This document shows, one piece after another, positions 55,106 through 59,896 of a DNA stretch of 59,896 nucleotides. Numbering within the stretch: position 1 is the first letter of the stretch; the number at the start of each line of letters is the position of its first letter. The DNA lies in assembly GCF_001194135.2 (NCBI RefSeq), contig NC_068992.1, forward strand, positions 46,931,038-46,990,933. The letters run 5' to 3'. The notes under the pieces were generated by a model. That model saw only the letters and a program-made list of their open reading frames with translations, had not been told where the DNA came from and did not search any database. The position numbers and the translations under genes are program-made. Origin of the DNA: Octopus bimaculoides. Taxonomy: Eukaryota.

Positions 55106-55124
55106 AGGATGTTACTGTAGAGAC

Positions 55125-55280
55125 ATGTATGGCAGAATCAGTGAAGCATCGGGAAAATACTTTGTGGCCCTTATTAAAGTCCCATCCATTAGACACTGAG
55201 TTCAAATCTCACAGAGTTCAACTTTGCCTTTGATCCTTCCGAGAATGCTAAATAAATAACGATTCAAGTACTGGAGATCG
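55125..55280 (+). mobile_element. family B SINE, 3'-truncated
   Basis: TGGCAGAATCAGT...GAGTTCAAATCTC...CTTTGCCTTTGATCCTTCCGAG...AAGTACTGGAGATCGA, then replaced by LINE sequence. Confidence 0.7.
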
Positions 55281-55289
55281 AGTTAAAGG

Positions 55290-55660
55290 GTGGACAGACT
55301 CGACGTACGAGGACTTAGTCGACGAGGCATTTGTCAAGGGATGGTACGCAGACTCATTCCCTATCCAAGTCGGATGCCGCAGCTTTTCCAGCGGTTTCGG
55401 TGCGCTATTTCCTACAGAAGATTGGTCTATAACTCAAACATCTGAAGAAAACCGCGAAAGAGACAGGCAAGGCAGTTGAAACCAGTTCGAGGCGACTGCG
55501 GTAGATAATAGATCGGAAATTGAACTCTTCTACAGGCAAATACCAATTTAGTCCCCGCTTCCCGATTCGGGCGAAGCTTGTAGGCTAAGGAGCGAAACCA
55601 CAGTGACCCCGAGATACCTGCTGATTATACTGAGGACTTTCCGACATTGCGATAGATTCA
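55290..55660 (+). mobile_element. RLE-type (HERO-like, R2 group) non-LTR retrotransposon 3' end
   Basis: STYEDLVDEAFVKGWYADSFPIQVGCRSF, frameshift, PAVSVRYFLQKIGL*LKHLKKTAKETGKAVETSSRRLR*. This matches the KY..L.....GW....P+EVG.RGF...LG...A...S.WLW end of the restriction-like endonuclease domain, followed by a GC-rich 3' UTR. Confidence 0.78.
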
Positions 55661-55901
55661 GAAGAGCTTGCAATACTGCGGAGTAGCTTCTGCGATTTCT
55701 GCGTTGAGCAAAGCATCTCTGATATTTATCTCGCCTTACTGTTTCATTACTGTTGTTATTGCTGTCGCTGTTGTTAGTGTTATTTTTGGTATTATTGTTG
55801 TTCTTTTGTTGTCTGTTGTTGCTGTTTTAGGAGATTGTTGTTACTATGAAAATCCATTTAATATCGACGACTCTTTCTCCATTAAATATATACATTTTCA
55901 T

Positions 55902-55903
55902 TT

Positions 55904-55957
<54 letters not shown>

Positions 55958-56006
55958 TTCCTTCCTTCCTTCCTTCCTTTCTTTCTTTCTTTCTTTCTTT
56001 CTTTCT
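55902..56006. repeat. (CTTT)n-(CCTT)n-(CTTT)n homopyrimidine repeat
   Basis: Directly visible. Confidence 0.95.
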
Positions 56007-56672
56007 CAACACTCAATTCGTTTATTTTCTTACGTTATCTTCTTATTTCTTTTACACACGCACGCACACACACACACACACACACGTACGTATACACGCA
56101 TATATGTAATGCTCTCTTCGTGGCTATCTCAATTCACTCTACACTATATTCTCACACATACATGCAAACACACACACGCACACACACTTGCACAAAAACC
56201 TACATAAGTGCATACATGCATTCACACAATTTTTAATGTCTTCCTCCTACCTCGTCGCTTTCCCTTTCTGCTTATACTTCTCACCATCACCTTATCACAC
56301 TTATTCTCATTTCTTCACACCAACACTCACTCACCACGTACGCATACACATACACGCGCACACGCGCACACATTTACTTCATCACACATCTCTCTCTTTC
56401 TTTCTCTTCTCATTCTCCTTTTCTTTCGCTCTTTCTGGCGCTCTGCTCTATTCTCAATTCTTGCAGTTCCTTTCTGTCCGTTGTAATTGGAAAGTCCACT
56501 GTATATTACATGTTTATGTTTAGATATGCAATAGGTGGAAGAGAAAATACGTCGGGCGGGAAAATGGCCGAGCAGACGACAACGAAGTTAGGAGGACGAG
56601 GAGGAGAAGGAAGAAGAGGAGAAAGAGGAAATCAAAACAAAGTAGATGAAAAAGAATGAATGGAAAGATTTC

Positions 56673-56718
<46 letters not shown>

Positions 56719-57088
56719 CAATAATAATAATGCCATTAATATAATGATAAAGAGGGAAAGTGCTAAGGAGGAAGTTTTGATTTTTCACGAAATCATAAAG
56801 AAATACAAATATAAAATAGTGTTGGCTCGAGAAAAAGTGTGGGGGGGGGAGGGGGAAACATAAAGAAAAACGAACAAAAATGAAGATACTGTGGACGTTT
56901 GTTAAAGCGAAATCATAGACTAGAAAGAAAAACAATCAACATACAACACAGATACATACCTTTTTGTTAAATTGCAAATGCATACACAAACGCACACACA
57001 CGCACGCATACACACATCTATATATATATGCGTATATATATATATAGGTATATATGTAAGTATATATATGCATGTATATATGTATGTG

Positions 57089-57149
<61 letters not shown>

Positions 57150-57180
57150 ATATATATATATNNNNNNNNNNNNNNNNNTA

Positions 57181-57226
<46 letters not shown>

Positions 57227-57451
57227 TATAAACGTATGTGTAAATATTGAAAGTATAGATATGGATATAAATACATGGATAAATAGATAATATATACAAT
57301 TATAACATAAAAATATATACATATACATATATATAGGTATATATATGTACATATACATATAATTAAATATATACACATACGCACACACGTATATATCCAC
57401 GCATACGCATATGTACCCATGCGTACGCACACACACACACACACACACACA

Positions 57452-57616
57452 CATACGACGGGCTTCTTTCTGTTTCCGTGTACCAAGTCCACTCACCAGG
57501 CTTTGGTCGGCCTGAGGCTATAGTAGAAGATACTTGCCTAAGGTGCTACGCAGTGGGACTGAACCCGGAACCATATGGTTGGCAAGCAAGCTATTCACCA
57601 CACAGCCACTCCTGGA

Positions 57617-57618
<2 letters not shown>
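57452..57618 (-). mobile_element. family A SINE 5' half (well-preserved head + core)
   Basis: Minus strand: CCAGGAGTGGCTGTGTGGTGAATAGCTTGCTTGCCAACCATATGGTTCCGGGTTCAGTCCCACTGCGTAGCACCTTAGGCAAGTATCTTCTACTATAGCCTCAGGCCGACCAAAGCCTGGTGAGTGGACTTGGTACACGGAAACAGAAAGAAGCCCGTCGTAT, then (GT)n. Confidence 0.9.
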
Positions 57619-57670
<52 letters not shown>

Positions 57671-58416
57671 CATGTATGTATATATATATATGCTTGTGTG
57701 TGTGTGTGCGTGTATATTTATGTTTGCATATTTTTATCAAAGTACCTGCATGAAAATTATATTCTGTTCAGGAAGTGTATATACATGTATATATACACAC
57801 GTACTATAAGGTACATCTTTGTAGCTATATGAATAGTACACTTGCGGGTATAGATAAATGTAAGATTATTTAAAGATGCGCATTTGTATGCACAAGAATA
57901 CTTATGTGAGCGCACGTATATTGTGTATTCTCGCGTGTTTGCATTCATTTCATCTACACGTGTGTGTGTGTGTGTGTGTATGTGTTTATATGCGTGTATG
58001 TGTGTGGTAGTTTATATATAAAGTTTGTGTGTTGGTGCGAATATTTGCGTATGTAATTGTACGATTTAGTTGCGTCAGTGAACTTGCGAGAACGCGTATG
58101 CCAGTCGTCTGCCGTTACGCGCGTCCGATAGCACATGTATACATACATTACATACAAACATACATATAGGCACACAGCCACATACATGCATATATCCGCT
58201 GACATATATACGCACATATATACATATATATACCGACACATATATATGTACGTGTCCGATGAATGGGAACGGGAAACCCTGAGTAACAGTTTTTGTGATG
58301 TTTTTGCTGCTTCTTAATACAGTATATACACACAGACACACAGACACACACAGACACACAGACACACACAGACACACACACACACACATATATAGATAGA
58401 TATATACATATATGCA

Positions 58417-58450
<34 letters not shown>

Positions 58451-59465
58451 CATACATATATATATGTATGTATATATATATATATATANNNNNNNNNNNN
58501 NNNNNNNNNNNNNNNNNNNNNNNNNNNNNNNNNNNNNNNNNNNNNNNNNNNNNNNNNNNNNNNNNNNNNNNNNNNNNNNNNNNNNNNNNNNNNNNNNNNN
58601 NNNNNNNNNNNNNNNNNNNNNNNNNNNNNNNNNNNNNNNNNNNNNNNNNNNNNNNNNNNNNNNNNNNNNNNNNNNNNNNNNNNNNNNNNNNNNNNNNNNN
58701 NNNNNNNNNNNNNNNNNNNNNNNNNNNNNNNNNNNNNNNNNNNNNNNNNNNNNNNNNNNNNNNNNNNNNNNNNNNNNNNNNNNNNNNNNNNNNNNNNNNN
58801 NNNNNNNNNNNNNNNNNNNNNNNNNNNNNNNNNNNNNNNNNNNNNNNNNNNNNNNNNNNNNNNNNNNNNNNNNNNNNNNNNNNNNNNNNNNNNNNNNNNN
58901 NNNNNNNNNNNNNNNNNNNNNNNNNNNNNNNNNNNNNNNNNNNNNNNNNNNNNNNNNNNNNNNNNNNNNNNNNNNNNNNNNNNNNNNNNNNNNNNNNNNN
59001 NNNNNNNNNNNNNNNNNNNNNNNNNNNNNNNNNNNNNNNNNNNNNNNNNNNNNNNNNNNNNNNNNNNNNNNNNNNNNNNNNNNNNNNNNNNNNNNNNNNN
59101 NNNNNNNNNNNNNNNNNNNNNNNNNNNNNNNNNNNNNNNNNNNNNNNNNNNNNNNNNNNNNNNNNNNNNNNNNNNNNNNNNNNNNNNNNNNNNNNNNNNN
59201 NNNNNNNNNNNNNNNNNNNNNNNNNNNNNNNNNNNNNNNNNNNNNNNNNNNNNNNNNNNNNNNNNNNNNNNNNNNNNNNNNNNNNNNNNNNNNNNNNNNN
59301 NNNNNNNNNNNNNNNNNNNNNNNNNNNNNNNNNNNNNNNNNNNNNNNNNNNNNNNNNNNNNNNNNNNNNNNNNNNNNNNNNNNNNNNNNNNNNNNNNNNN
59401 NNNNNNNNNNNNNNNNNNNNNNNNNNNNNNNNNNNNNNNNNNNNNNNNNNNNNNNNNNNNNNNNN

Positions 59466-59515
<50 letters not shown>

Positions 59516-59541
59516 GCCGCTGCTGCTGCTGCTGCTGCTGC
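59466..59541. repeat. (CTA)n-(CTG)n compound microsatellite
   Basis: Directly visible. Confidence 0.95.
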
Positions 59542-59857
59542 CGTCGTTATATTTGGTGATAGTTTCAGTCCATTATAGGTAAATAAGAAGAATCTATTCG
59601 TGTGTTCGTATGTATCTATGTATGTTTGCTTATGTATATATGTATGCGTGTACGTATGCATATATTCATGTATGTGTAGGTATTCGTATGTATGCACACA
59701 CACACATACACACACATAGACACATGTTTATGAATACTTCGGCATATGCATATATATATGTGCACATACATACATGCGCATTTATAAACGCATATATAAA
59801 AGCACATGTGTATATACATGTAATCATACATACGTGTATTCATATATACACACACAC

Positions 59858-59896
<39 letters not shown>

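Noticed and set aside
55441-55465. CTGAAGA-AAACCGC-GAAA hammerhead-like string
   Set aside because: It is part of the LINE coding frame (HLKKTAKE) and has no stem II.

Overview
This is an AT-rich, microsatellite-saturated eukaryotic window with 19 assembly gaps (roughly 5.5 kb of N, nearly all flanked by simple repeats). The SINE families and repeat landscape point to an octopus (coleoid cephalopod) genome; this is an inference, not a database result. I find no intact protein-coding gene, and almost every ORF in the supplied track is a microsatellite or N artefact. What can be supported is a collection of decayed mobile elements: the 3' end of a Helitron RepHel gene plus its terminus (1-305); Penelope-like element (PLE) RT/GIY-YIG relics (31.2-32.2 kb, probably also 48.4-48.7 kb); RTE, R4/Dong-like, HERO-like and L1/Tx1-like LINE fragments; and about 20 copies or fragments of tRNA-derived SINEs, two with clear 13-16 bp target-site duplications. 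The most interesting object is a short element at 34.74-35.19 kb. It joins a Pol III tRNA-like head to a minimal type-I hammerhead ribozyme motif and carries an inverted partial copy of its own head, so it is a candidate PLE-mobilised ribozyme SINE. Also worth checking are a near-perfect 62-nt hairpin (14296-14357) and a possibly spliced non-coding transcript at 1.6-2.6 kb. All family assignments come from manual translation and motif recognition, with no searches run.
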